Origin: Octopus bimaculoides
Lineage: Eukaryota
Direction: 5' to 3'
Length of the DNA stretch: 64,000 bases
NCBI RefSeq assembly: GCF_001194135.2
Contig: NC_068990.1
Span: 84,930,000 to 84,993,999 of the forward strand
In this document: one piece after another, positions 44,286 through 55,340 of the stretch
Layout of the letters: every line of letters begins with the position of its first letter
Numbering within the stretch: the first letter of the stretch is position 1
The notes under the pieces: generated by a model
Told to the model about the DNA's origin: nothing
Database searches by the model: none
The model's input: only the letters and a program-made list of their open reading frames with translations
Position numbers and translations under genes: made by a program

Positions 44286-44642
44286 ACACACACACACAAA
44301 CACAAACACACACACACACACATATATATATATACATAAGAAGCATCCCATGAATTTCTTCGAAATGTAATTATTTTCCATGTATAAGAATTCTGTTGAT
44401 TCATAAATGTTTTGATTTATATAGCTCGAGTTATGTCATACTGATAATTTCTAAAAAGAATAAAATGGTGCTTTACATAAATAGCTAAGACTGGAAATTT
44501 TAAGACCTTCGTAATATGAAAAGTAAATTAAATATGCATATTATATACATTTTCTTCCTTATTTCCTTATTTGAAATTCAAACTTCTAATCCCGCCAAAT
44601 ATTATACTAACTGTCTGGTAGGGGATTCCGTACACACACACA

Positions 44643-44704
<62 letters not shown>

Positions 44705-44760
44705 NNNNNNNNNNNNNNNNNNNNNNNNNNNNNNNNNNNNNNNNNNNNNNNNNNNNNNNN

Positions 44761-44797
<37 letters not shown>

Positions 44798-47700
44798 GCA
44801 CACATATGCATATGAAGATAAAGGCAGGTATACCAAATACCATACAAAATAAATTCTTGATTTATTAAAATTATCGCCGCCTCTAGAGCATGTATCATAA
44901 TTACTAAATGCCAATTAAAACCAGTTCTACTCGATAAGCAGAGATGATCTCAAAGCTCAAGTTTTCTCCAAAATTGACGTGCAATTAACAAAAGGACGGG
45001 TTTATTGTCTGGAAACAGGGCAGTAATGAAGAGGTGTTCCTAGCTCAAAAGTCGTCATGAGTACGACAATTGTTCAGCTTCATTTCCAGTTGCCAAGGGA
45101 CCCCACCACACACACACACACACACAAACAATGACGATATTTTCCCGTAGACCGAGAAAGACGGTTCAGCAATTTCTTGTTGAGTAACCAACACAAATGA
45201 ATTGTTTATAATGATCAGTTGTTTGTGCAATACAATAGTCGTTTCAGTTTTTTCAAATCGACGTTGCTTGAACGAGTAAACGGTGTACCACACATCAGGT
45301 GTCTAAGTGAACGCCGCAGAGCAACGTGACATGACGTGTTTTGCTGAAGAACACAACGAGTCACTCGGTCCAAGAATTGAAATCACAATCTCGCGATCGT
45401 GACTACAACGCCCTAACTACTAGACCGTGCGCTCTCGACACACATCCACACACACACACACACACATTTCTATATATTGGACTGTTCAATAATACGACAG
45501 TGACCTATGGTCATAAATCCCAGTTGGGATTCTTTCGAAATAATAAAGCATTGGGAAACATATGTAGCGGTGAGAGATGACGTGTGGAGGTTTGGAGGTT
45601 TTTCTTATCGGTGTCTGCGAGAATGTGTGTAAGTACATAATAGAGTGTATGTCTGTGAATGTACATATTTGTGTGTGTGTGTGTGTGTGTGAGTGTTTAG
45701 ATATGCGTGCGTGTGTGCGTGTGTGTGCACCTTTGAGTTTATTGATGTAGCAAATGCGAGATGAACTGGAACCAGATTCTAAAGAAAGTCAGGTTTGAAA
45801 TATGTCTTTTCTTAAGAGCGCGGTCAGTACGTTTGTAAATGTGTGTACATGCATGAATGCATGCGTGTGAGTGCATGTGTGTGTGAGAGTGTTAGTATGC
45901 GTTCGTTTTCTGGCGTTATTTTCCGGTGAGATCAAATCGTAGGAATAAGCTGTAGAATTTAAAGTCAACGTGTACCAGTGGAATGTTAGTTATGTCTCTA
46001 GCATTTAATATCGGCGTTGAAGTTCTCAAAGGTGGGGGCCATGGTCAATGTTCAACGAAGTTTTTTCTTATTCTGGGTGTGAGCAAAAATTCTTATTTTC
46101 TTTTTGTCCTTCTTTGCAAAATACATGCGCATCCATGCGAATAACGATGGCTCAAATTTCTTTATTTAACAAAAATTTGATTTCATCTTGAAAAGCTTGT
46201 GTACGTACTTAGTTTTCTGGCGCTGCTTGTAAAATGTGTGCGTGCAGTGATGTGCACAACTTAGACGAGACACTAGATATGGTAGGCGTTGGCAACTAAG
46301 TATGTGTGTGCATATGTATGTGGAATATATTTGAGCTTGGCAGGTGTAGCAATTGTTTTAGGCAAGACAGACTTATAGTTTTCGTTTACCCAATGCACTT
46401 ACAGAGCTTTGGTCCGCCCCAGGCTATAATAGAAAATGCCCAAAGTGCAACGCAGTGGGACTGAACCTGGAACCAAGGGGTTGCGAAGCAAACTTCTTAC
46501 CACACAGCCACGCCGAGAGAGAGAGAGAGAGAGAGAGAGTGAGAGAGAGAGAGAGGTTAATTATCTCTCAAGTTATCTTATGACACATTTATAGCTTCCT
46601 TGTTGAATCTGAAGCAGAGAGTTTGCCTCACGACTAAAGTTTCCGGCAACTGCGACCGTCAGGCGAAAACTGTTACACCTCGAATTGGGTGTGTATCTAT
46701 ATCCTTTCATGTAAGTGAGTGGTCTAGNNNNNNNNNNNNNNNNNNNNNNNNNNNNNNNNNNNNNNNNNNNNNNNNNNNNNNNNNNNNNNNNNNNNNNNNN
46801 NNNNNNNNNNNNNNNNNNNNNNNNNNNNNNNNNNNNNNNNNNNNNNNNNNNNNNNNNNNNNNNNNNNNNNNNNNNNNNNNNNNNNNNNNNNNNNNNNNNN
46901 NNNNNNNNNNNNNNNNNNNNNNNNNNNNNNNNNNNNNNNNNNNNNNNNNNNNNNNNNNNNNNNNNNNNNNNNNNNNNNNNNNNNNNNNNNNNNNNNNNNN
47001 NNNNNNNNNNNNNNNNNNNNNNNNNNNNNNNNNNNNNNNNNNNNNNNNNNNNNNNNNNNNNNNNNNNNNNNNNNNNNNNNNNNNNNNNNNNNNNNNNNNN
47101 NNNNNNNNNNNNNNNNNNNNNNNNNNNNNNNNNNNNNNNNNNNNNNNNNNNNNNNNNNNNNNNNNNNNNNNNNNNNNNNNNNNNNNNNNNNNNNNNNNNN
47201 NNNNNNNNNNNNNNNNNNNNNNNNNNNNNNNNNNNNNNNNNNNNNNNNNNNNNNNNNNNNNNNNNNNNNNNNNNNNNNNNNNNNNNNNNNNNNNNNNNNN
47301 NNNNNNNNNNNNNNNNNNNNNNNNNNNNNNNNNNNNNNNNNNNNNNNNNNNNNNNNTATATATATATATATATATTCTATAGTAAGTTGTCTTTCAAGGG
47401 AAACGACATATTTGCACAAGCACTAAGAAATTTAACGATTACTAAGACCCCAGAAAATACAAGTCTTTACAGGGAAAGTAACTCTAGCGACATCAACAAC
47501 AACGATACAGTTTGAAAACGTCGCTGTTATCTCCCCTCACAACATCACATGGTCACTCAAAAAAACAACTACGATGACAAAATGAATAGCAGTAGCAGTC
47601 AAACTACACTCCACGTCACGTTAATAATCTTGAATGACATACCCACTCAGTAACACCAGGTAAATGCCCTCATCAGACATTTCTTGAAAATCAACTACAA

Positions 47701-50010
47701 AAATATAAAAAAAGAGACCTGAAAGAGGAACACAAAACATACCTTCTGCTTAGGCCACCATTTTGACCTCCTCCATCCATCAGATATTCACAAAGCAATA
47801 AAGAAATCTAAAAAGTAAAAAAACTCAGGGCTAGACAATATCGCTAACGTACACTTAAAAATACCAACGACCTGAAGGAGACAAAGCACTCACTAACATC
47901 AATAAGTATTTGTACCAATTCTGTTAAATTCTTAGAATCATGGACAAAATCAAAATTCAACAAAAATCCAAATAAAGTTATTTCAAGATACAGAAATAAA
48001 TTTATTTCTCAAACGCGTGATAATGCGATAAATAGCGTGATCAGCATAAATTATCCATACATTGCAGAAAAATACGTTACCGGCTAGCCATGAGACTCGA
48101 ACTCACATCTCTGTGATTACGCGTCAAGTGTTTTACCATTAAACTAAACTGCCCAGCAACGAATTCTTCCGTGTCACACTCATCACTCCATATGCACCAT
48201 GAAATACAAAAAAAGGCTAAGCCTTGACATCACCAATCCGCATATACCTCCAGTTCATAACACGGATTCAAGTCATTACATGCAATCACCAACCACACGC
48301 TTGCCACAAACTCAACACAGAAAAAAAAATGTTTTATTCTAAAAATTTTCTGCACATACCATTGTAATTACCATTAACAAAGCTTTCAGCTTTAATTCCC
48401 GTTTGTCACCTGTACAGCACTTCAAGGAAAAACAAAACAAGAAAACACGCGCAAAAATACAAACAAAAGCAACATAAAACAAAGACAAAACACAAAATGC
48501 AAGTTAGTAAACTTCCTGTCAGACAGTCAAACCCATAATGTGCACAAGAATAACATTTCCAGAAGCTGCAATTCTCCGAGTAGAATACAATAATTATTCG
48601 TCCTTTCACCCATTCTTTTCAGCCTATACACACACGACCTTGTCACATCTTAGCAAAACATACAGATAACCGCATGTGCAGTTGATATCACACACACCTG
48701 TTCACCATTCTCCAGACACTGCTGCACAACTATTCCAGTCCTACTTAAATAATGTCGCCATGAAAAAATCAGACTTGCGCTTATCAAATCTACCGTATCC
48801 TTTCTTACCAGCGACACCAGAGAACATCACATGCAATCAACCGTGATAATCATTATATCACATACACAGAAAGCAAAAAAATTATTAGGAGTTACAATTC
48901 TACAGCATTCACAACACATATATAAAATATATTAAAAGATGCAAAATGATACAAAAAGGAAAAAAAAGACACATTCACGGCAATTACATACCACATTTGG
49001 CCAACCGTTAAAACAAACTACAGTGGAAGACAAACAATAAATTAGATTCTCCATGGATTACAATTGTCCTACCTGGATTCCCAATTCCACGACAACTATC
49101 CATAATTAACTACATAGCAGCGCAGGGCGTGTCATAACACATTGTGCATGAGTCACACTGAACAAAACGAAAGAAGAAAAATGGAAGACCATCTGGACGT
49201 GAAAGGTATACTTTGTTATCACAGCAAGTTTCAATTCCCATAGTCCCTATCACTACATGGAAAAACTACTCCCAGACTTTGGAACACGTATATAGCACTC
49301 CAGAACGTTATTACAGCAACATCATTAAATCTCTCCCTCTCAGTTTGGACAAGCATAAGAAACACATATACACAGAAACAGTCCAAACATGGTCAAGAAA
49401 CACATGACCAAGAATAAGTGCAGAAGAATAGTAAGTGTCATGCTCTGACCTCGCTGGGTACCACTAGAATCTACAGGCGTACAGAAAGAGATTGAATATT
49501 GGAGAGAATGCAACATGTCCAGACAGCCACACCTCACTCTATGCAATTTATCATCGTATCCCACATTGCGTAGCGTGGTCCTTACGAGGATGGATTTGTT
49601 GGTCGCATCTCGTCGTTGAGACGATTACCTGCATAGAGCTTGCCGGGGGTTAAATAATTCTGCACCACCCACCATCCCACTGTCACTACCACCAACAACA
49701 GTGAAAACGAAACAAAGAAAACATGATAGCTTACCAAATGTCGACCGGTAAGAAGTTGACTACGAGACGGTGTACAAGTCGGCTGCACATAGTAATTATC
49801 CAGTTTAATACCATTGTTTGCCAGTTTGTTCAAATTAGGTGATATAATATCTGGGTTGTGATAACCAATGTCGTCCCAGCCCAAATCGTCGACAAGTACA
49901 AATACAATATTCGGTTTCACTGGGCGTTTGTAGTACTTTCTTCTCGAGTAACTGGAGCATAGCCAGACGTGACAGAGAAAAACGGCCAGCGTAAAGACAA
50001 CACCATTCAG
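23476..50010 (-). CDS. ARSB: Arylsulfatase B-like sulfatase, spliced gene span (505 aa from the 8 clear exons; 527 aa with the candidate first exon)
   Basis: Exons join in frame. Motifs DDLGW, CTPSR (formylglycine site, Cys at 49774-49776), GKWH, QAVH, TDNG, RGGK and the C-terminal GVWGPWM* of the ARSB/I/J group are present; the multi-exon layout favours ARSB. Confidence 0.93.
24225..24304 (-). ncRNA. Type I hammerhead-ribozyme-like motif, partly decayed
   Basis: Minus strand: CCATG-CTGATGA-aaCCT actg AGGca-GAAA-CACTTGTC-CATAG, with outer stem GGAGATAAG/CTTATCTCC. Confidence 0.6.
24882..25033 (-). CDS. ARSB: ARSB-like exon 8 ([15 protein letters not shown]...[13 protein letters not shown])
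   Basis: 152 nt, phase 2 to 1; RxEILxNID and IRxGxWK motifs. Confidence 0.94.
25307..25749 (+). mobile_element. Tandem pair of family A SINEs
   Basis: Units about 25307-25520 and 25536-25749. Confidence 0.82.
26140..26383 (-). CDS. ARSB: ARSB-like exon 7 (DNGG...[15 protein letters not shown]...HISDWFPT...YDQWKSI)
   Basis: 244 nt; DN metal ligands and catalytic lysine. Confidence 0.96.
26646..27041 (-). mobile_element. Family B SINE, full length
   Basis: Reverse complement of the 7861 and 41920 copies. Confidence 0.85.
27672..27767 (-). CDS. ARSB: ARSB-like exon 6 ([11 protein letters not shown]...[10 protein letters not shown])
   Basis: 96 nt, phase 1 to 1. Confidence 0.95.
27924..27966 (+). 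repeat. 10-bp minisatellite (AACACATGTA)x4
   Basis: Read directly. Confidence 0.9.
28736..28853 (-). CDS. ARSB: ARSB-like exon 5 ([15 protein letters not shown]...RRRLA)
   Basis: 118 nt; QAVH catalytic histidine. Confidence 0.95.
29409..29617. mobile_element. Tc1/mariner-type MITE with 31-bp TIRs and an internal 85-bp duplication
   Basis: TA-CAGGGTGTCCACAAGGTCTGGGTACATGGAG ... CTCCATGTACCCAGACTTTGTGGACACCCTG-TA. Confidence 0.88.
30284..30462 (-). CDS. ARSB: ARSB-like exon 4 ([12 protein letters not shown]...[21 protein letters not shown])
   Basis: 179 nt, phase 1 to 0; YSTxxFT motif. Confidence 0.94.
30738..30936 (+). mobile_element. Family A SINE with tail 2, CpG-intact
   Basis: Close to the reverse complement of 17676-17907. 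Confidence 0.88.
31987..32330 (+). pseudogene. 5' part of a mariner transposon: TIR-like end and transposase N-terminal HTH fragment
   Basis: CAAGGTGCGTTCAAAAAGTATC end; ATG at 32192 gives [18 protein letters not shown]...[20 protein letters not shown], with a stop at codon 6. Confidence 0.8.
32400..32637 (+). pseudogene. C-terminal fragment of a Tc1/mariner-superfamily (maT-like) transposase
   Basis: [34 protein letters not shown], a decayed WPPxSPDxNPLDY motif. Confidence 0.8.
32867..33053 (-). CDS. ARSB: ARSB-like exon 3 (IHMGFQH...GKWHQG...RGFDSFY)
   Basis: 187 nt, TTCCAG acceptor, GTAAAT donor. Confidence 0.96.
33602..33765. repeat. Imperfect long inverted repeat (about 75-bp arms, 15-nt loop)
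   Basis: GATGGTGGA..AGGACCGA / TCGGTCCT..TCCACCATC and CCGTAGG/CCTACGG pair across the centre. Confidence 0.75.
35623..35917 (-). mobile_element. 3' end of the same transposon, with transposase stop and terminal repeat
   Basis: Minus strand reads [24 protein letters not shown]...[19 protein letters not shown]; ends at TA-CGGGGTGCGGTGAATAAG. Confidence 0.8.
35921..36295 (+). mobile_element. 3' end of an R4/Dong/Rex6-type non-LTR retrotransposon
   Basis: [14 protein letters not shown]...[28 protein letters not shown] matches the VPVVxGALG...QKxxxxGTxxILR C-terminus; followed by 3' UTR and (GAT)n. Confidence 0.7.
40146..40342 (+). mobile_element. Family A SINE; other copies near 21052-21167(-), 38420-38617(-), 52481-52752(-), 55772-55975(+), 58123-58305(+)
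   Basis: Same head, core and tail motifs. Confidence 0.8.
41652..41754 (+). ncRNA. Type I hammerhead-ribozyme-like motif with GAAA changed to GAGA
   Basis: Stem [35 protein letters not shown] 41666-41672, stem II GGTGGA/TCTACC, then GAGA-CAACTGTC. Confidence 0.55.
41920..42350 (+). mobile_element. Family B SINE, full length; partial copies near 1600-1745, 10150-10260, 38745-38940(-), 46375-46514(-), 50240-50457(-), 53270-53405, 62100-62230(-)
   Basis: Same motifs as the 7861 copy. Confidence 0.87.
42740..42818. repeat. (AGAT)n/(AG)n microsatellite, representative of dozens of (AT)n, (GT)n, (CA)n, (AAT)n, (TAG)n and (CAT)n tracts
   Basis: Read directly; others at 10447-10481, 11773-11840, 13648-13692, 35160-35216, 52540-52577, 52753-52797. 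Confidence 0.95.
47400..49560 (+). pseudogene. Heavily decayed LINE reverse-transcriptase region, interrupted by a family H SINE
   Basis: Strongly A/C-skewed strand; fragments [12 protein letters not shown] (about 47825-47860) and KKLLGVT (about 48877-48897); many stops and frameshifts. Confidence 0.6.
49735..50010 (-). CDS. ARSB: ARSB-like exon 2 (LNGVVF...[14 protein letters not shown]...[14 protein letters not shown])
   Basis: TCTTTTCTAG acceptor with in-frame TAG just upstream, GTAAGC donor, 92 codons. Confidence 0.95.
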
Positions 50011-50459
50011 CTAGAAAAGAAGAAATGAAAAGAGAAAGAAATGAATAGTTTGCGTTCAAAATAAAATTATGCGGTGTTAATAATTTCTACCCCAACTTTT
50101 TATTCTTTAAATGTCTGTTTATTTTTTTAATGCAATGTCTACACGCATTTTCTCTCATACACGCAACTTTTAAAAATATATATTAGTAATAAAGCTAGGT
50201 GGAGGCGCAATGGCCCAGTGGTTAGGGCAACGGACTTGTATCTTTTGCTAAACCGTTAAGCTACGAGGACTTAGACAAATCAATTCCGGTTACCGAGCAG
50301 TATGAGCAGGAACAAACACAGATAGAAAAGCACACACACACACAAACTTATAAGCGACTGGTTTCCACATGGTTTCCGTCTACCAAAAGTTGAAGACGCT
50401 CAAAGTACAGCGCAGTGGAACTGAACCCAAAACAACGTGGTTGCAAAGCTAGCTTCTAT

Positions 50460-50494
<35 letters not shown>

Positions 50495-52539
50495 GTTATT
50501 TAAAAAAGAGAAGTTTAATTGAATGGTTATATGAAAGAGAATTTCAAAAGTCCGGTCGAAACCAATGACAAAGAAACTGTTTACTGAAATTCTCTTTCAT
50601 ATAATCGATCAATATCTGCATTTGGACTTCAATTTTTAAAATAAATTCTCCGTTGAATCCTAAACTGATTTTCAAATGAAGTTAAATTTAACTTTATATT
50701 TCGTATCGATTCTTCGACGGAATTTTACACATTTTGCACAGCGTACACTTTTTCGCAAAAGTTAACATAATTTTGTAATAAATTACTCATTGTTGTTATT
50801 GTTGTTGCTTAACTCTAGGTTACATTTACGATGAAGGATATTTTAGTCATGTACATCTCGTCTTTTTATATTGATATGATGGATCTTGGACTACTTTATA
50901 CAAACGTGTCGAAGGTGTGTTGTTTAAGATGGTGGGGCATGCTTGAGGGCGAATTGGGTACCTATTTCAAACAAGTCGAATAACATAAACAGTTTCCTCA
51001 ATGACTTAAGTGAGACACGATTTCCTTCTTAATGGTTGGTTTAAACCATTTGGAGTTATTTATGTTGCTCCACAACTGGGAAAGGTATTGACGTCTTACT
51101 GGTAGTGTTACCTCGTCTTTTATTTCATTAGGGTCCCTAAGGAAGTGCAGCACTCATGGGCCTTTTCTAGACCTTCGAGGCGGTTAGCTATAAGTGAAGA
51201 AGCAATCTTCAGACCGAAGACCTTGCTTAAATGCTTACAATAAATTAGCCCAGTTAAAGTCACTCGCGGACCAGGTGGTACTATTAATGCAGATGAGATA
51301 TTAAGTCTATATCTTAAGAAAGGACTTTGCTATAATCACGTCTAAATGCCAGAGTTTCGATACGAACCGTCGAACTGCCAGTTCGGCTTCATCTCAACTA
51401 AGCTGCAACTCTTCAGTCATTTTTTATGTTTGTTCGCAGGTGGTCGCTGAACGAACAAACCTTGATATAAAGTTTTCTAGCTAAGATCATCCTGTTCTTT
51501 TTTTTTTTGTAGAATAAATTATCCAATGTGCCATTCCATTTTAAAGACAGTAGGATGTAATTTGAAGGAGATTTGATTGCTATTTCTAGAAGGTTGAGCA
51601 GCCACATAGAAGTCCCTTCGTTGGGTCGCTGCAACTTTTCACGTTTCTCCTGTATGCTGAAATAACTGTTTGCGACTTCGTTTACCTTGTATGGTAGACA
51701 TAAAACAAAAAAAAGAAACACGATAAAAAGACGACTATACATTTTTTTCTTTTGCATTAAGAACGTTTTTCTGATCGAAATCAAACTAGTATGAAATCCT
51801 AAAAAAAAAAAATTTTTTTTAAATGAAAAAATAAAAAATCAAAGAAAGGTAACGAATGAAAAAAATTCTTCAAAAGGTCAGAATACAATACTGTAACATT
51901 TACATTCTCGCTATTCGTCTGAGGTATTTCGAGAAAATTGATTATAAAAGTCGAAACTTCTTTTGGCTGCTTTCTTTATATCACAAGAAGAAAATTTTGT
52001 TGTTGTTGTAGTTGTTGTTAGCAATATGCTATGTATGCCTGTCTTTCTCAACACAGAAAGACAGACACACAGGCATTCACACATCTCTTCTTCTTCTTCA
52101 GTCTTTAATTTCCTGTTTACTATTTATACGTGCATCAGTCTGGCTTTGCAGACAAACACTCGCAAATAACATTATAGAATTCCTGCAGGAATTAATGGAA
52201 TTGGTGATAATCACGACCACGACAACGGCAACGACAACAACAACAACAACAATAACAACGGTAACTATAAATTAACCGTAAAAACAAAATAACAATACCA
52301 AGAACTACAACTACAACAACAACATTTCTGTTATTGTCAATAGAACAGCGATTATTTCTTTTATTTCTTTTAACGGGGATTTACCAAAGAGACAAATCTT
52401 AATCATTGCTATTATTTCTTAATTTTCTTTACTCCCCCCCCCCGTCTTTCTCAGCATGATGTCTGCATCTACTCTTATAATAATCCTTTCTACTATAGGC
52501 ACAAAGCCTGAAATTTTTGGGGGAGGGGGGGGTCTAGTC

Positions 52540-52579
<40 letters not shown>

Positions 52580-54764
52580 GTGATGATGATTTTATATTTT
52601 GACACGAGGCCAGCAAGTTCAGGAGGTGGGGGGGGGGTTAATCGATTACTTATTTTATCGACACCGAAAGGATGAAAGGTAAAGTCGACCTCGGCGGAAT
52701 TTGAACTCAAAGGCAGACGAAATGCCGCTTAGCACTTTTAGCTCGCTGCCTTAGTAGTAGTAGTAGTAGTAGTAGTAGTAGCAGTAGTAGTTGTAGTAAT
52801 CTGCTAATTTTATTTAATGTCTAATGGTGGATTGATTGACGTCACTTGCACTAACGTCATCATTTTTCAGCAAAAATGTTTTTTTTTTCTTTCTCAAATG
52901 ATCATATAAGGCTTAAACATCAGTTAAGCGGAAGCTAAGAGAAGAATGAAATAACATTATTGCACAGGAGGGTTAAATTTTTATAAACGTTGAATTAGTT
53001 TAATGATTAAAAAGAAGAGACAAAGAAGAGATACAAAAATTCTTTCTCCAGATATCCTTAGGAATTGATCGGTTTTCCAAGGTTTTTTTTTTTTTTGGAA
53101 GCGTCTCTGCAATATAGAATCCCTCTCCTCCGCCACCCCCCTCTCTCTATCCCCTCACTAATCGATGGGATTTGAACTTAGAACGAAAAGGGAAAGATCT
53201 AAGACATTTAAATCAGGCATTCTACCGTTTCGGACCAAGTCTAACTGTTTTGCGTGTCGCATATTATTAGTCTCTTTGCGTAGATATGGTTGTGTGGTTA
53301 ATGGTTCGCTTCTGAACTTCGTGGTTTTGGATTCGATCCCAAAGCACGGCACCTCTGGCCAACAAAAACCTTGTTAGTGAAATGTGATGAAAGGAAACTG
53401 TGCGACAGGCGATTGAAAAAGGCGGTTCCTTTGTTGGGTATTAGACTTAATCGTGGCCCTTGGGTGAGTGGAGTCTACTCAATTACAAGCTTTTAGGTCA
53501 AATTTCCGGTTGTAAGCATAACACTTTCCCAGCAATCTTAGAGGCCCTGAGAAATGTCATGGGGACTGCTCTTCCCCTCTAAGTCATTAAAAAAAGAAAG
53601 AAACTAAATCCTGTGATTTTGTTGTCGCAGTGTAAACAGGTTGTGTCCATTAATAACATTTTTTACTCACCTTTACAAAACATTCTCTGTTTAAAGCAAA
53701 GTGCTTTGTATACCCAAAACTTTAGAAAAGTCCTTAAATGAATAACTGCTGAAAATTCTTGACATACTGTATAATTAACTCTCCTTGCTATGCTTTGTGT
53801 ATTTTGAAGATATACAATATAGTTGTCAATGCATTTGAAATAACTCTACTCCCAAAGTTTTTAATCCTGAGAATCGAATCTCTGCTGTCACCTCATTAAT
53901 TCACTGCTGTTTCCCGACATTATCTTAGCATAATGTGAGCTCATACTTTTAAGAAATTCACAAAAGGAACTTTCGTTACATATTCATCGCATCCGTTACT
54001 AACAGACAAGTGAGTGTATATAAACTTTTAAATCTGAATGACATTATTGTCAACGAGAATATTGGGTTGCTTGGTTTGTATTTATTTATAGCTTGTTACC
54101 AACAAGGGCAATTTAAAACAGATAAATGGTCTGGATAAAAAGACAGAAAGATAAGATATATATACATATTCAGCATATGTCATGTGAAGAGGCACAGTTT
54201 GTTGCTCCAGTAACCTTTAACCCCTACAGTCCCTGTCTATACATGTACAACCATAATCGTCTCAAGCACGTAGACAAGTCTATAAACACTACACGACACC
54301 ATTATAATACCATATGTACAAGCCAATAAAAGTAACTTTACGAGGTCGCTGGATCTATTAGAAATAACAGTCAGATCGAACTCAACTACACCCTGCTCTC
54401 TTAGCAAAGGGTGCGTTGTATTATACCTATCTATGTAAATAAGACGGGATAGTCACAACCGGAATGTCTTTGATTAAAGATCTGCTTAATTAGGGCCAAT
54501 TTGGTGCTGAGCATCAGACCTACGGCCAGAAGTTTGGGTACTGGAGGAAATTAGTCGATTTAATCGACCTCAGTTTTTGACTGGTATGTTATATCTATAA
54601 AAATGGCTGGCACACTCTAAAACATTGTGACACAGGTCTGCTTCAGGAAGGCTGAATAAGAGTTAAACAACAACAAAACATATTGAAGGTGAGTGATCTT
54701 AGTGACTGAAACGACCTCCGAGTTTTATGAGTCCCGTCTATATTCCCTGCATTGATGATTGTAT

Positions 54765-55145
54765 GTTGAGGCGCAATGGCCCAGTGGTTAGGGAAGCGGA
54801 CTCGCGGTCATAGGATCGCGGTTTCGATTCCCAGACCGGGCGTTGTGAGTGTTTATTGAGCGAAAACACCTAAAGCTCCACGAGGTTCCGGCAGGGTATG
54901 GTGGCGAACCCTGCTGTACTCTTCCACCACAACTTTCTCTCACTCTTACTTCCTGTTTCTGTTGTGCCTGTAATTCAAAGGGTCAGCCTTGTCACACTGT
55001 GTCATGCTGAATATCTCCGAGAACTACGTTAAGAGTACACGTGTCTGTGGAGTGCTCAGCCACTTGCACGTTAATTTCACGAGCAGGCTGTTCCGTTGAT
55101 CGGATCAACTGGAACCCTCGACGTCGTAAGCGACGGAGTGCCAAC
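54765..55145 (+). mobile_element. Family E tRNA-headed SINE, full length, 11-bp target-site duplication
   Basis: GATGATTGTAT at 54754-54764 and 55146-55156; A box TGGCCCAGTGG, B box TTTCGATTCC. Fragments near 50202-50236(+) and 58330-58455(-). Confidence 0.88.
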
Positions 55146-55274
55146 GATGATTGTATAGATCTTGAGATGGTTGGATGAAAAGTAAATATGATCCAAAAGG
55201 ACAAACTCAGAATTGCAGAGAAACATCTGTTGCTCGGCATGTAGTTTGGCATTTAAAGGTTTCTTCCTTCTTAC

Positions 55275-55340
55275 CGCCATATATACCACCATCAACATCA
55301 ACATATTTTCATAAAGGACTAGATGCAAATGTGTAGTCAT
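55275..55340 (-). CDS. ARSB: Candidate first coding exon of the arylsulfatase (MTTHLHLVLYENMLMLMVVYMA)
   Basis: ATG-led frame ends in phase 0 at a GTAAGA donor and joins [18 protein letters not shown] to give one hydrophobic leader. No transcript evidence. Confidence 0.45.

Noticed and set aside
48085-48160. Functional tRNA-Thr(CGT) gene on the minus strand
   Set aside because: Acceptor and anticodon stems are imperfect, and it is followed by the same body as the two copies at 11.8-12.3 kb, so it is a SINE head.
49582-49920. ORF-track start at GTG 49920 (MKPNIVF...)
   Set aside because: The frame continues upstream to a splice acceptor at 50010 through a hydrophobic leader, and the ORF runs into intron after 49735.
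53671-53683. ATG TTT TGT AAA G|GTGAGT as the ARSB start exon
   Set aside because: Phase 1, whereas exon 2 needs phase 0; it could still be a non-coding exon end.
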